Positions 49,270 to 58,567 are shown, counted from the stretch's first letter. The stretch is DNA of 64,000 bases from Candidatus Omnitrophota bacterium (GCA_023143685.1 JAGLHE010000055.1:14984-78983), one strand, 5' to 3'. Numbers and translations are program-made. Notes: a model not told the origin generated them from the sequence alone.

Positions 49270-49630
49270 CTACATATGTATGGTGAAAAGATTACCTTTT
49301 TAGCCAAAAATTATTAAGAAACCCAAAATTTCTTCCCCCTACTATATAATGGCGAGTAAAGTGCCTTTTTAGACAAAGTTTTTGAAAATAATTCAAAAAA
49401 ATCACTCCCCCTATATACTAATGTTGGAAAGAATGCGTTTTTAGACACAATTTCTGAAAATAATTTAAATTTTTCGCATTCATCTACAAAACTTGATTGA
49501 TAAGCAATAACCTTAAACCCATCTAGAATGGCATTTGCGAAACAATAAAAAACCGCACCCTCTATATACATATGTTAGAAGAAATGCGTTTTTTGCCAAA
49601 ATTTTTTAAAATAATTAAAAATTTATAAAA
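49270..49630. repeat. Degenerate tandem repeat array (4 copies of a roughly 65-70 bp unit, plus a degenerate gap)
   Basis: Units begin ctacatatgtatgg / ctactatataatgg / ctatatactaatgttgg / ctatatacatatgttag; each contains ...tgcgtttttagacac...gaaaataatt. Confidence 0.6.
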
Positions 49631-49890
49631 TCTTGCCTCTTGCTTGTTATTTATTGTCACATGGAAGAACTAAAAATGAAAATAAATATCATGGTAATTA
49701 AAATTGAAGAAGGCAAAATAAAAGGTGGCTCGTCCGTCACACAAAAGGAGTTCTAGAAGCCACAATACTTGATCAGACAAAAGAACAATTGCAAAAAGTC
49801 TAACAATGCACCACGACTGATTTTTATTACTTATCCTATTTAGGTTCGGACACTAGCAGAATTGCTCGCAAAATTTTTACATATTAATAT

Positions 49891-50436
49891 TTATGTATTA
49901 TTATCTTTCTTACGTAACGTCTTTTTTATTTTTAAAAAAGTTGCGTCAAAAGCAACAGAAGTAATTTTTGCAGTAACCTTATATAAATTCTTAGAATTAT
50001 TTGATATTAAAGACCCCGTATTAATTAAAATAGCTTTACCTGAATGCAAAGATTTCTTAATGATTTTAGATGGGGCTAAAGCTTTATTCTTTACAACTTC
50101 TATTCTTTGCTCAGCTCGTTGTTTTATCTCGGAAAGTTTACGGTAAATCTCCTCAATAACTGCCATCAGAATAAATCCAATAACAACAGAAAGCAAAAAA
50201 CACATTCCAATTAAAACATTTCCAAATACCTTGGGAATATCTACGTTAGAACCAATAGCACTAATTTTTGTTGTAAAGAATGAAAATAAAGATAAAAATA
50301 TAATCATAAAAAAACATATTCTAACAAGAGAAATAATTATTTTTCTAATTGGTTCTGGATATTTATCTATAACTTTTTTAACAGAATGATAGGATATCCC
50401 AATAAGAAAACCACGTATTAGCCCAGTAATTTTCAT
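49891..50436 (-). CDS. Hypothetical membrane protein (4 TM)
   Basis: Hydrophobic segments; overlaps the upstream small gene by 4 nt. Confidence 0.35.
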   Translation of the reverse strand: MKITGLIRGFLIGISYHSVKKVIDKYPEPIRKIIISLVRICFFMIIFLSLFSFFTTKISAIGSNVDIPKVFGNVLIGMCFLLSVVIGFILMAVIEEIYRKLSEIKQRAEQRIEVVKNKALAPSKIIKKSLHSGKAILINTGSLISNNSKNLYKVTAKITSVAFDATFLKIKKTLRKKDNNT

Positions 50437-50618
50437 TTATTATTAGCCCTATTTCCTTTCCCTCTTTTCCGTCCCCCTAAATAACTAATTACATTACTTA
50501 TTATTACAAAAGTTAAAATTAAAGCAACTGCCCAGCCTGCTATAGGCAACATTATTAGAATTCCCCATAATATTGCAATTAACACAAGCGCAAAAAAAAT
50601 AACTCCAAATGAACTCAT
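50433..50618 (-). CDS. Small two-TM membrane protein
   Basis: 61 aa, two hydrophobic helices, basic C-terminus. Confidence 0.3.
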   Translation of the reverse strand: MSSFGVIFFALVLIAILWGILIMLPIAGWAVALILTFVIISNVISYLGGRKRGKGNRANNK

Positions 50619-50948
50619 TTTATCCCCTCCTAATTTGTTTTAATAACAAATATAATATATCCCACAATATATTTGGAGTAAAGCATTAATCCTAGGCTAA
50701 TTCCTAATATTTTCTTTATAAATACCTTAATGTTATTAAAGAAATATTGAAATAAGGGCTTGCTTTCTAACATATTGTGGATAGTGCCTTTCTGTGGACT
50801 GCTCTTCTACCAGACCACATCATTTGGATAACTTTTTAAGTTACCCACACAATCCACAACACTGCGACTAGTTTTATTTTAAACACACAGAATTTATATG
50901 ATCAGATAATAATTTAGGAATAATGACAAGAAAGGATTTTAAAAGACA

Positions 50949-51272
50949 TTACGACATTTGGAGAAACTTTACACCCTTCTCATCAATAACTTGAAGAAGA
51001 CGGCTGGCAGGACCATTGGGTTTATTTATATCTAATTCCCATTTTTGTATTGTGGTAGATTTGGTATTTAAAATATATGCAAGCACGCTTTGACTAACAT
51101 GTATTTTCCGTCTAATTCTTCGGATATCCCTTGCTGTATATGCTTTGGGCTGAGGATATTTCAACTTATTAAATTTCCGCATAGACTCAGAAACATCCAT
51201 CACCTCGGATAAACTGCTAAGTTCATCCTCAACAATTTTTCTTATTTCATCTTTATCTCTTCTCTGGCTCAT
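50949..51272 (-). CDS. higA: HigA-like HTH antitoxin (addiction-module antidote family)
   Basis: C-terminal HTH VSQSVLAYILNTKSTTIQKWE; downstream of and overlapping the toxin gene. Confidence 0.6.
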   Translation of the reverse strand: MSQRRDKDEIRKIVEDELSSLSEVMDVSESMRKFNKLKYPQPKAYTARDIRRIRRKIHVSQSVLAYILNTKSTTIQKWELDINKPNGPASRLLQVIDEKGVKFLQMS

Positions 51273-51681
51273 AATGAATTTCCTCGAAAATATTCTTTTT
51301 TACTGCATTATTTATTATTTCTTCCGTAAATTTCTCATACTGCTGTGATAAAATCTTCAAATACTTAAATTCTTCTTTAGTTAAGTTCTCTTTATCTCCT
51401 TTTGAAAAGATATAGACTGCAATAGCCCATTTATCATTTTCCCAGAAGACAATATTTCGAAAACCTCCACTTTTTCCCTTACCTTCTTTGGCAACCCTAA
51501 CCTTATATAATTTTGCACCTAAGTTGTCTTTCTTGTGCTTATGAAAGTTTTCAAAAAGTTGCTTTGAATACTTAGCTTTATCAACTTTTTCATGCTTAAG
51601 CTCTTTCTTCAATTTAGTAACAAAAGAGCGATTCAGCAAATATCTTATTTTCATTCCTCTATCCTGTTTAAAGTATATCAT
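51253..51681 (-). CDS. higB: HigB-like RelE/ParE-superfamily toxin (addiction-module killer family)
   Basis: LYKVRVAKEGKGKSGGFRNIVFWENDKWAIAVYIFSKGDKENL matches the killer-protein core. Confidence 0.6.
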   Translation of the reverse strand: MIYFKQDRGMKIRYLLNRSFVTKLKKELKHEKVDKAKYSKQLFENFHKHKKDNLGAKLYKVRVAKEGKGKSGGFRNIVFWENDKWAIAVYIFSKGDKENLTKEEFKYLKILSQQYEKFTEEIINNAVKKNIFEEIHYEPEKR

Positions 51682-51754
51682 CTAATCATACACTTTACAA
51701 ATATTAAATTAATGCCGTATTAATATTAGTTTCACAAAATTGCTAACAACAATA

Positions 51755-52702
51755 TTAAGGCTTATCATAAACTTTAACCGTAAATGATTGAAAACTTATT
51801 TTTTCAAAGCACTCCATAAAAAAAATCAACTTTTTAAAATAAATCTTCCTATCTTTTTCATTAACATGGAATATTGTATCAAAATTCTTCAAATCACCAC
51901 CGGCAAAAAAAGACATCCATGCAGACCACAAACAAATTGTTCGAGGCGAATGGCAACCTTTTAAACCGTCTAATGATGGTCCCATATATACAACTATTCC
52001 ATTTTCTTCTTTCCAGCAATCATTAAATTTCAACTTAAACTGATTCTCAAAAAAATAATTCCACAATCGCTCTATTACGGCGATATTTGAATTTGAACTA
52101 TATTTTTTTTCTATCGCCTCTTGAATTTTCAAAAGAAAATTATTTAATATCGTAATAATTTTTACAAGATACAAGCTATTTATCTGTAATTTCTCTTCTG
52201 CTTGTGCTCCAGCTTGCTTTAAGTAAGTTTCATTTGAAATTAGATCATTATGAATTAAACAATTCCTTCTTGCTATTGATTCTCTGATCTGCTCCCAATC
52301 GTTTCCCCCAAGGTCAATTTCTATTTGCAACAATTTGCGAACCTTCTTAATCTTATCTTTAATGCATCTATTTTCAATCTGCAAAAGATATTCTTCTAAG
52401 ATGTATTCTTTAAATTGTTTTTCCTCAAAATTGTTCCTGTTTTGTGCAAAACGCTTATCAATTAATATCTCTTTTACCTTTTTTGATGTTAAGATTTCAT
52501 AAGGCCTAGCCAGTAAATATTCTTTTATAGTATCGATTAAAGATGCTTCAAAATAGGCTAATATAAGAGGCAAAAATGATTTTAAGATTAATGAATTTTG
52601 ATTTGTTTGTAAGAGAGTAGCAATTTCGGATAGATTAGAAGTTTTCTTTTGAATATGACGAATTAGATTATCTTTTGTGAGCAGATCAACGTTTTCAAAC
52701 AT
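51755..52702 (-). CDS. Hypothetical protein with a HEPN-like Rx4H motif (Abi_2/AbiD-F-like candidate)
   Basis: ESIARRNCLIHND (R-x4-H) in a predicted helical protein of 315 aa. Confidence 0.35.
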   Translation of the reverse strand: MFENVDLLTKDNLIRHIQKKTSNLSEIATLLQTNQNSLILKSFLPLILAYFEASLIDTIKEYLLARPYEILTSKKVKEILIDKRFAQNRNNFEEKQFKEYILEEYLLQIENRCIKDKIKKVRKLLQIEIDLGGNDWEQIRESIARRNCLIHNDLISNETYLKQAGAQAEEKLQINSLYLVKIITILNNFLLKIQEAIEKKYSSNSNIAVIERLWNYFFENQFKLKFNDCWKEENGIVVYMGPSLDGLKGCHSPRTICLWSAWMSFFAGGDLKNFDTIFHVNEKDRKIYFKKLIFFMECFEKISFQSFTVKVYDKP

Positions 52703-52917
52703 ATTTTACCTTTCTATTTTATGCCGAACAATTATTATACGATAGTCGCTTTTACTGGCTGTTTTGTTATCAATTACTAAAACACTAACATTTTTATCAA
52801 TTTTTGTCCATTTTTCGGACATTTTTATTATATTCCGTTATAAAGTATCACTTTAAAATATTAGCAAATATTGCGACTGTCCTACGACATAAAATTTTTG
52901 CAATACTGAACATAAAC

Positions 52918-53571
52918 TTAAATTTCTACACTTCCATTAAAACCCACTTCAACCTCCCCAAGAAGCTCACCAAACCGTGCCAGTTGCATCCTTTCTTCTC
53001 CCTGTCGAATAATGTCCAATAATTTACGAAGAGGGAAAAGTTTAACAATAACAGGGTCTTCTTTATTATTTCTTAAGAATTTTTTGATGGGCTTTGGAAG
53101 ACTCAAAATTCTGAGAAGCTTGGCGATATAAGACCAATCTTCTCCTGTGATCTTGGAAAGACCACGAACAGTATTAATTCCATGTGCTTCTTTTAATCTC
53201 AGATAATATTCTGCCTTATCCAGAGGGAAATACTCTAAACGGTTAAGATGCGATTGATGCTTTTTCCAAACCTTTTGTTCTATTGTTTCAATATGAGTTA
53301 AATCTTCGGGGCGGTATCCCATGCAGAATTTCTGCCTGCGACTTTTTATAATTATATAGAAGGGGAATTCTGTCCAGTATGTTCTAGGCTGTATTTTTTC
53401 GTATCTTTGCACATATCTTATATATTCGAACATTTCTGCAGAATTAAACCCTATCACTTCCTTTTCAGGCAAAAGAAAACCTTCGTGCAAACCGTTTTTG
53501 TGGCACAGTTCGCACGAAGGTAACATATGGGGTGGATGACTGGTAGTAGAAACCGCGCCCTTCTGAGCCAC
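52918..53571 (-). CDS. ParB-like HTH protein (paralog 1), N-terminus overlaps a copy of the tRNA-His 3' att core
   Basis: LSKITGEDWSYIAKLLRILSLPKPIKKFL resembles the ParB/Spo0J HTH (LRLL.LPE.I); about 55-60% identical to 56659..57231. Confidence 0.5.
   Translation of the reverse strand: MAQKGAVSTTSHPPHMLPSCELCHKNGLHEGFLLPEKEVIGFNSAEMFEYIRYVQRYEKIQPRTYWTEFPFYIIIKSRRQKFCMGYRPEDLTHIETIEQKVWKKHQSHLNRLEYFPLDKAEYYLRLKEAHGINTVRGLSKITGEDWSYIAKLLRILSLPKPIKKFLRNNKEDPVIVKLFPLRKLLDIIRQGEERMQLARFGELLGEVEVGFNGSVEI
53519..53539. repeat. Direct repeat of the tRNA-His 3' end plus 9 downstream nt (att core copy)
   Basis: gtaacatatggggtggatgac, identical to 57258-57278. Confidence 0.75.
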
Positions 53572-53661
53572 AAGTAAAAATCATTTTTTTAAAGTCTCCT
53601 GCCATATACTCTGATATATTAACTCCCGCAATATATTCTCTGCTTATCTCTCTCAATAACT

Positions 53662-54894
53662 TTAGTTCACATTCATTGGCTTTAATTTATCTTCAAGGCT
53701 TAAATGATATGCATGATAATCTGGGCTATCTTCTTCATTATCCATGCGACAGTGCTCAAAAGACCTTCCTCTACGCTTTGGACCGAACACTCTGGCAAAC
53801 TCACCTTGAAACGCAAGAAAGGTATTCCAGTCCTTATCATGTCGTTGTTTATCATTATAATCTTTATGCCAAGGTTTTCGTCCATATTCATCAAAAAAAT
53901 CAGCTCGCTTATTATCATACCCAATAATTATCTCACTCGAAAAAGTAACTGATCTTGGATCTGGCATTAAAAGATAACCATTACCTAGCTTATCCCATTC
54001 TCGATAAGGAATAACTTCTTCCGGGTAAAGCCATTCTTTTTTTGCTGCCGCTACATACCTATACGCTCTTTTCTTTACGATATAATTTATCTCATTTACT
54101 TCGATTTCTGATAACATTCTTTTAGTTTGAATTTGAGTAAAATTAAACATAGCCGACCTAAACATATTGGGATGTGGCCTAAGGACTCTTGGATTCTCGT
54201 AAGGATTTCTAATCCATGATAGATTAGTTAGTATAAGCATTTTATTCAAACTTAATGGGAACAATGTATGTGTTCCCATAAAAGCTATGTCCGGATCTCT
54301 ATGCCTGAGGCACCATTTCGAATTTGGTAAGCAACTTTTATTATATACTGTAACAGGATGATCAGAAATTATAAATTTGGTATCTGAGTCAGAAGCATCG
54401 ACTATGTTCCAAATACATTCAGTCCATAAAGCACAAAAAAGTTGACGAAACTCCTGCATTTTAAACAGTACAAGGTTCTTATCAGATAACCTTACAATTT
54501 CGCCTAACCAATTAAGACCTTTTAAAGTACGTAACTTTTGAATGCTCATGTACAGTAACAGATTTCTAAATGCATCACCATCAACACTTGGATGCTCAAA
54601 ATTCGTGAAGTATTCTATAGACTCCCTCCCGGAAGAGTCTATCTGACCAAAAAATTTTTGTTCTATTTCAGTTGATTCCCAGTTCCCAAAAGCTGTTGTA
54701 TATAAATCATCGACACAAAAACAACTTCGCGGTCCCCACCGAAGCAAAGCTTTCCGTGCGTACATTCCCTTTTTTGTCGATTTTCGCTCAGGATTAAGGT
54801 CTAAATAATAATACTTCTTTTCCTTATAGTCTTCAGGAATAAACCGATATTGGTACCACTTCGGCACATAATGATTTCTTGTGTACTCTGCCAA
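53662..54894 (-). CDS. DUF4238-like protein (family used as the single-gene anti-phage system Rst_DUF4238)
   Basis: N-terminal NHYVPKWYQYRF matches the HYVP.FY..F signature of DUF4238; 410 aa. Confidence 0.5.
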   Translation of the reverse strand: MAEYTRNHYVPKWYQYRFIPEDYKEKKYYYLDLNPERKSTKKGMYARKALLRWGPRSCFCVDDLYTTAFGNWESTEIEQKFFGQIDSSGRESIEYFTNFEHPSVDGDAFRNLLLYMSIQKLRTLKGLNWLGEIVRLSDKNLVLFKMQEFRQLFCALWTECIWNIVDASDSDTKFIISDHPVTVYNKSCLPNSKWCLRHRDPDIAFMGTHTLFPLSLNKMLILTNLSWIRNPYENPRVLRPHPNMFRSAMFNFTQIQTKRMLSEIEVNEINYIVKKRAYRYVAAAKKEWLYPEEVIPYREWDKLGNGYLLMPDPRSVTFSSEIIIGYDNKRADFFDEYGRKPWHKDYNDKQRHDKDWNTFLAFQGEFARVFGPKRRGRSFEHCRMDNEEDSPDYHAYHLSLEDKLKPMNVN

Positions 54895-54988
54895 CTTCTT
54901 CTCTCTCCCATTTATTGTTACTTATACCCCACCAACCACCCCGTCCGACCTGAACAAGGCGATCCCCATTAAAAACAATTCAATAAAT

Positions 54989-55804
54989 CTATCCTAACAA
55001 TTGTGCAATCCTCTCGAAAGCATCTTCCCGGACATTGCTAATAAAATAATCCGTTCCGTTTTCCCGCTCAACAGCAACCGGGCCTTTGTCATCTTTGTGC
55101 GCGAAAAAGGCTTTGATGTTGCTAAGAACCTTTTTGCCTTCCTTGCGATTTTCGATAAACTCTTTGACCTCATTCACCATCTTTGTTTTATCCGGGCAGA
55201 AGCGCAGCATAAAATAGACATAATAAAGGTCTTTTCGCTTTTTGTCCTCGTTTTCACGCAAGACAAAGGTAAGCAATTTATGAAAAACGAATACCGATTC
55301 TGTCGGGATCTGAACCTCCTGTGAGAAAAATTCGATCTTCCTGGTATATTCAAGTACAATTTCAAAATGTTTAATAGTGTTGAGTACAATCTCTTTGCCA
55401 ATCAGCTTCTCATGGATATGCTTTGGAGGATTCAGCACAGTAATAAATTCTACCTCTGCCTTTTCATTAGCCTCTTTGCCTTTGACAACTGGAACAAACG
55501 GCACCATCCTGCCCATATCTACGTGGCGTTCACTATATCCCAATTTTCTAACCCGATCAGCAATAGATTCATCACCATTATAACTTACCAATGTTACGCC
55601 AAAATCCATATCGGTCGTAGTCAGCGGTGTTGAAGATTGTAAAACGCCTGTTCCCAGACCTTGTCCAGTTAATTCTTTGGGCCAGACATGCTTTTGATAT
55701 AAATATGGAATCCACCCGCCAACCAGTACAAGATAAGGTAAAAAGTCACTTAGATCATCAATAACCTTGCGTAACAATTTTTCTGTTGGATAACCTTCAA
55801 CCAA
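54989..55804 (-). CDS. AbiEii-like nucleotidyltransferase toxin (DUF1814 family) candidate
   Basis: LVGGWIPYLY...TTDMDF (GG...D.D NTase motif); 271 aa; overlaps the upstream wHTH gene by 8 nt. Confidence 0.45.
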   Translation of the reverse strand: MVEGYPTEKLLRKVIDDLSDFLPYLVLVGGWIPYLYQKHVWPKELTGQGLGTGVLQSSTPLTTTDMDFGVTLVSYNGDESIADRVRKLGYSERHVDMGRMVPFVPVVKGKEANEKAEVEFITVLNPPKHIHEKLIGKEIVLNTIKHFEIVLEYTRKIEFFSQEVQIPTESVFVFHKLLTFVLRENEDKKRKDLYYVYFMLRFCPDKTKMVNEVKEFIENRKEGKKVLSNIKAFFAHKDDKGPVAVERENGTDYFISNVREDAFERIAQLLG

Positions 55805-56468
55805 TTTCCACCTCTTTCTCTTTGAGGACTTTTAATAAATAGTCAGCGTGTTCTCGACCTCGTTGAGGAAAATGATATAAATCCAAATAAAGTTGAAGAT
55901 TTGAAACAACGGATAGCCCTTTTATTTTCTGTTTGTGAAAAAAAACCGAGTTTTTGTAATATGGTTTGATAAAACAGATATTGCCGCCTCTTTTTAATTC
56001 TTTTAAATCCAACGCCTGCCGGATTTCCAGAGACATTTCTTTGAAACAGTGACTATCCAAATAACAGTACGTCACCGGGGTATTGACATAATTACTGATT
56101 AAATTGGCTCCAGTATGAAGGGTTAAAGCGTATTTGTCTTCCCATTTTCTATTTTCCAGGAAAACTTTCATTGTCTTTAAAATGTCACTTTCACTGTAAT
56201 ATAGATGGTTTTCGTTAAGTTCAAAATTGTAAACCCGAAGCCATTCATTGATCAAGCCTTCTTTGTCAGTGAGTTGGCTGTATGCCTTCCTACCGGATGT
56301 GACCCCTCCTACAAAGCCTTTTTTCCTTAATTCCGCTAATACTTGGGCTGCCCGGCTCCTGCCCACATTAAATTCAGCTTCGAAATCACGGACCGTCCAC
56401 TTGCGCTGCGGCTCTGCAAGCATAGCCCGAATAACTACCGTGGCTTTATCACTAAAAATAGATTTCAT
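55797..56468 (-). CDS. AbiEi-like wHTH antitoxin/transcriptional regulator candidate
   Basis: N-terminal wHTH (RSRAAQVLAELRKKGFV), about 220 aa; operon partner of the NTase. Confidence 0.4.
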   Translation of the reverse strand: MKSIFSDKATVVIRAMLAEPQRKWTVRDFEAEFNVGRSRAAQVLAELRKKGFVGGVTSGRKAYSQLTDKEGLINEWLRVYNFELNENHLYYSESDILKTMKVFLENRKWEDKYALTLHTGANLISNYVNTPVTYCYLDSHCFKEMSLEIRQALDLKELKRGGNICFIKPYYKNSVFFHKQKIKGLSVVSNLQLYLDLYHFPQRGREHADYLLKVLKEKEVEIG

Positions 56469-56658
56469 AACGACTTCCCTTCCAAGAGTAAATGTCTACT
56501 TATTATAATTGTCCGATATTTAACGGACATATCAACATAATGGACATTATGACATTTATTAAAACAATGTCAAGATTTTGATTGTTATATTCATTTTCCA
56601 TTTGTTTCACCTTCAATGAATTTACCCGGACTTTAATATGACAAATATTCTTACATTG

Positions 56659-57231
56659 TCAAATTCTTACATCTATCAGCCCCTGTTCTTCCATGAACTC
56701 TCGAAAACGAATTATTTGAAGCGATTCTTCGCCCTGCCGGACAATATCTAACAATATTTTGAAATTGAAAAGCTTTACAACAGAAGGATCACTTTTATTA
56801 TTGCGGAGAAAATCCTTGATCTGTTCCGGCAAACCCAAGAGTCTAAGAACCTTGGCGATATATGACCACTCTTCACCTGTAATCGCGGAAAGGCCACGAA
56901 CCGTATTTACGCCATGAGCCTCTTTCAGCCTCAAATATAGTTCAGCTTTATCAAGAGGAAACCGATCTAAACGGTTAAGAAAGCCTTGATGCTTTTTCAA
57001 GGCTTTCTGGTTAATAGTATCAATATGGGCAAGGTCTTCCGGGCGATAGCCAAAACGGAAATGCTTCTTATGATTTTCCATAGCAAAATAAAAAGGGAAT
57101 TCACACCAATACGTGCGGGGTGGAATAGTAGCGTATCGCTGAATATAACGGACATATTCCAGCATTTCTTCAGAAGAGAATTCTACGTAGTCTTTGCTCT
57201 CTAAAGAAAAACTCCCACACGAGCTGTGGCA
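56659..57231 (-). CDS. ParB-like HTH protein (paralog 2), adjacent to tRNA-His
   Basis: LSAITGEEWSYIAKVLRLLGLPEQIKDFL; the track start (57309) reads through the tRNA, so the true start is downstream (GTG near 57231 or Met at MLEYVRY). Confidence 0.5.
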   Translation of the reverse strand, partial: CHSSCGSFSLESKDYVEFSSEEMLEYVRYIQRYATIPPRTYWCEFPFYFAMENHKKHFRFGYRPEDLAHIDTINQKALKKHQGFLNRLDRFPLDKAELYLRLKEAHGVNTVRGLSAITGEEWSYIAKVLRLLGLPEQIKDFLRNNKSDPSVVKLFNFKILLDIVRQGEESLQIIRFREFMEEQGLIDVRI

Positions 57232-57265
57232 CACAAGTGCGCCGGTTCGCGTGGGAGTAACATAT

Positions 57266-57340
57266 GGGGTGGATGACGGGATTTGAACCCGCGACCGCCT
57301 GAACCACAATCAGGAGCGCTACCACTGCGCTACATCCACC
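57266..57340 (-). tRNA. tRNA-His (anticodon GTG), with G-1 and encoded CCA
   Basis: Acceptor GTGGATG/CATCCAC, anticodon arm CCTGA-TTGTGGT-TCAGG, T-arm GCGGG-TTCAAAT-CCCGT. Confidence 0.9.
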
Positions 57341-57456
57341 ATATTATAGTTATAAATTCTTAGTGATAAATGGTCGGTAAAGAGACATCATTTTACCAAA
57401 AAATCCCATATCAGCAAGTAGTTCTTTCTCACAAACAACCCCTCGCTATCAAAAAA

Positions 57457-58506
57457 CTACTCTTCCCTAATCAAGCTCTTCCCAAATGCCTCAAATTGCT
57501 TGCCTATACTCTTTAATTCATCCTTAACATTCCCGGAACTGTCTTTTCCATATCCAACCGTACCTTTCATTGCCACCGCACCAACTTTAAAATCATCCAT
57601 TTCCGTCTTAAAAGAAAAATTCATCCCCACGTCTACGCCAAACGCCCCCAATGCATCTAAAACCACCCCTGCCCCTGATTCTTCACGATCAATCATCTTG
57701 GACTGCCGCCCCATTTGGGCAAGCTTAACACTCCCTGTCACGACCATATCATTTGCAATAGATTTAAAGTCTGCCGCCAACCCCACACGCCCGTCATTTC
57801 CAATCAGCGCCAAGGTCGCATCCATATCTTTCTTTAAAAAATTTACCCTTCCTTGCCCTTTAACACGACTGCCTAAAAACGGGATATCCTCGCCACCCAC
57901 AACTCCCTGGACTTGAAAACATGTTTCATCAGCCTGTAGAGGATACGACAATGCATGCGCTGTCAAGCTAACCTTCTGCGCTTCAGGCTGCCATCCCTTT
58001 TCAGGAAAAAATCCCTTAAATTGTATTTGCCCGTTTTTTACCGCTAAATGTTTGACAATAATTTGCTTCTTTACTTTCGTCTCTGTTTTTCCTTTATCTT
58101 CTGAAAGGTATTTTTTTTCGTTACTAAAAACGAGCACATCTTTTACTGCGGTGATTTCCGGCACCACTTCGAATGGCTGCGCTTTGGGCAAATCCCTTTG
58201 CGTGATAACAATATCAGGGTTGATAACCTTTACTTCAGATAAAACAATTTTTTGCGGCCCGCCCCCTGCCAGCTGTATAACAACCTTCTCGATTTGTCCA
58301 ATATCCTTTACATCAATACCGTCGACCCTAACCCCAAAAGGAAACAGAAACTGCACGCCCTTAACCGTTACCGTCTTTTGTAAGGCCTGGCTTAATGTTG
58401 ATTCCACCATTCGCTTGCCATACAGATTGACCACCACCGAGGCCGCCCAGAAAACAACAATAATGAAAACAAAAAGACCAATAAATATTTTAGAAATTCT
58501 TTTCAT
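57457..58506 (-). CDS. AsmA-like / DUF748-like membrane-anchored protein
   Basis: N-terminal TM, repetitive beta-rich body; weakly similar to 60917..61903. Confidence 0.35.
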   Translation of the reverse strand: MKRISKIFIGLFVFIIVVFWAASVVVNLYGKRMVESTLSQALQKTVTVKGVQFLFPFGVRVDGIDVKDIGQIEKVVIQLAGGGPQKIVLSEVKVINPDIVITQRDLPKAQPFEVVPEITAVKDVLVFSNEKKYLSEDKGKTETKVKKQIIVKHLAVKNGQIQFKGFFPEKGWQPEAQKVSLTAHALSYPLQADETCFQVQGVVGGEDIPFLGSRVKGQGRVNFLKKDMDATLALIGNDGRVGLAADFKSIANDMVVTGSVKLAQMGRQSKMIDREESGAGVVLDALGAFGVDVGMNFSFKTEMDDFKVGAVAMKGTVGYGKDSSGNVKDELKSIGKQFEAFGKSLIREE

Positions 58507-58511
58507 AATAA

Positions 58512-58567
58512 AAAAACGCGCCCAGGACGATTCGAACGTCCGACCCTTGGCTTAGAAGGCTGTTGCT
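58512..58567 (-). pseudogene. tRNA-Arg 3'-half remnant (T-arm + acceptor 3' strand + variable loop + anticodon-arm-like segment)
   Basis: 38 nt identical to the 3' end of the tRNA at 59264-59337 including the trailing T-tract; lacks the 5' acceptor strand and D-arm. Confidence 0.75.

Noticed and set aside
49270-49630. Possible CRISPR array
   Set aside because: The repeats are long (65-70 bp), only about 60-70% identical to each other, and contiguous rather than separated by unique spacers. No cas genes are in the window.
57232-57309. N-terminal 26 codons of ORF 56659..57309
   Set aside because: They are a read-through translation of the tRNA-His gene on the same strand. The protein start must lie downstream of 57266.
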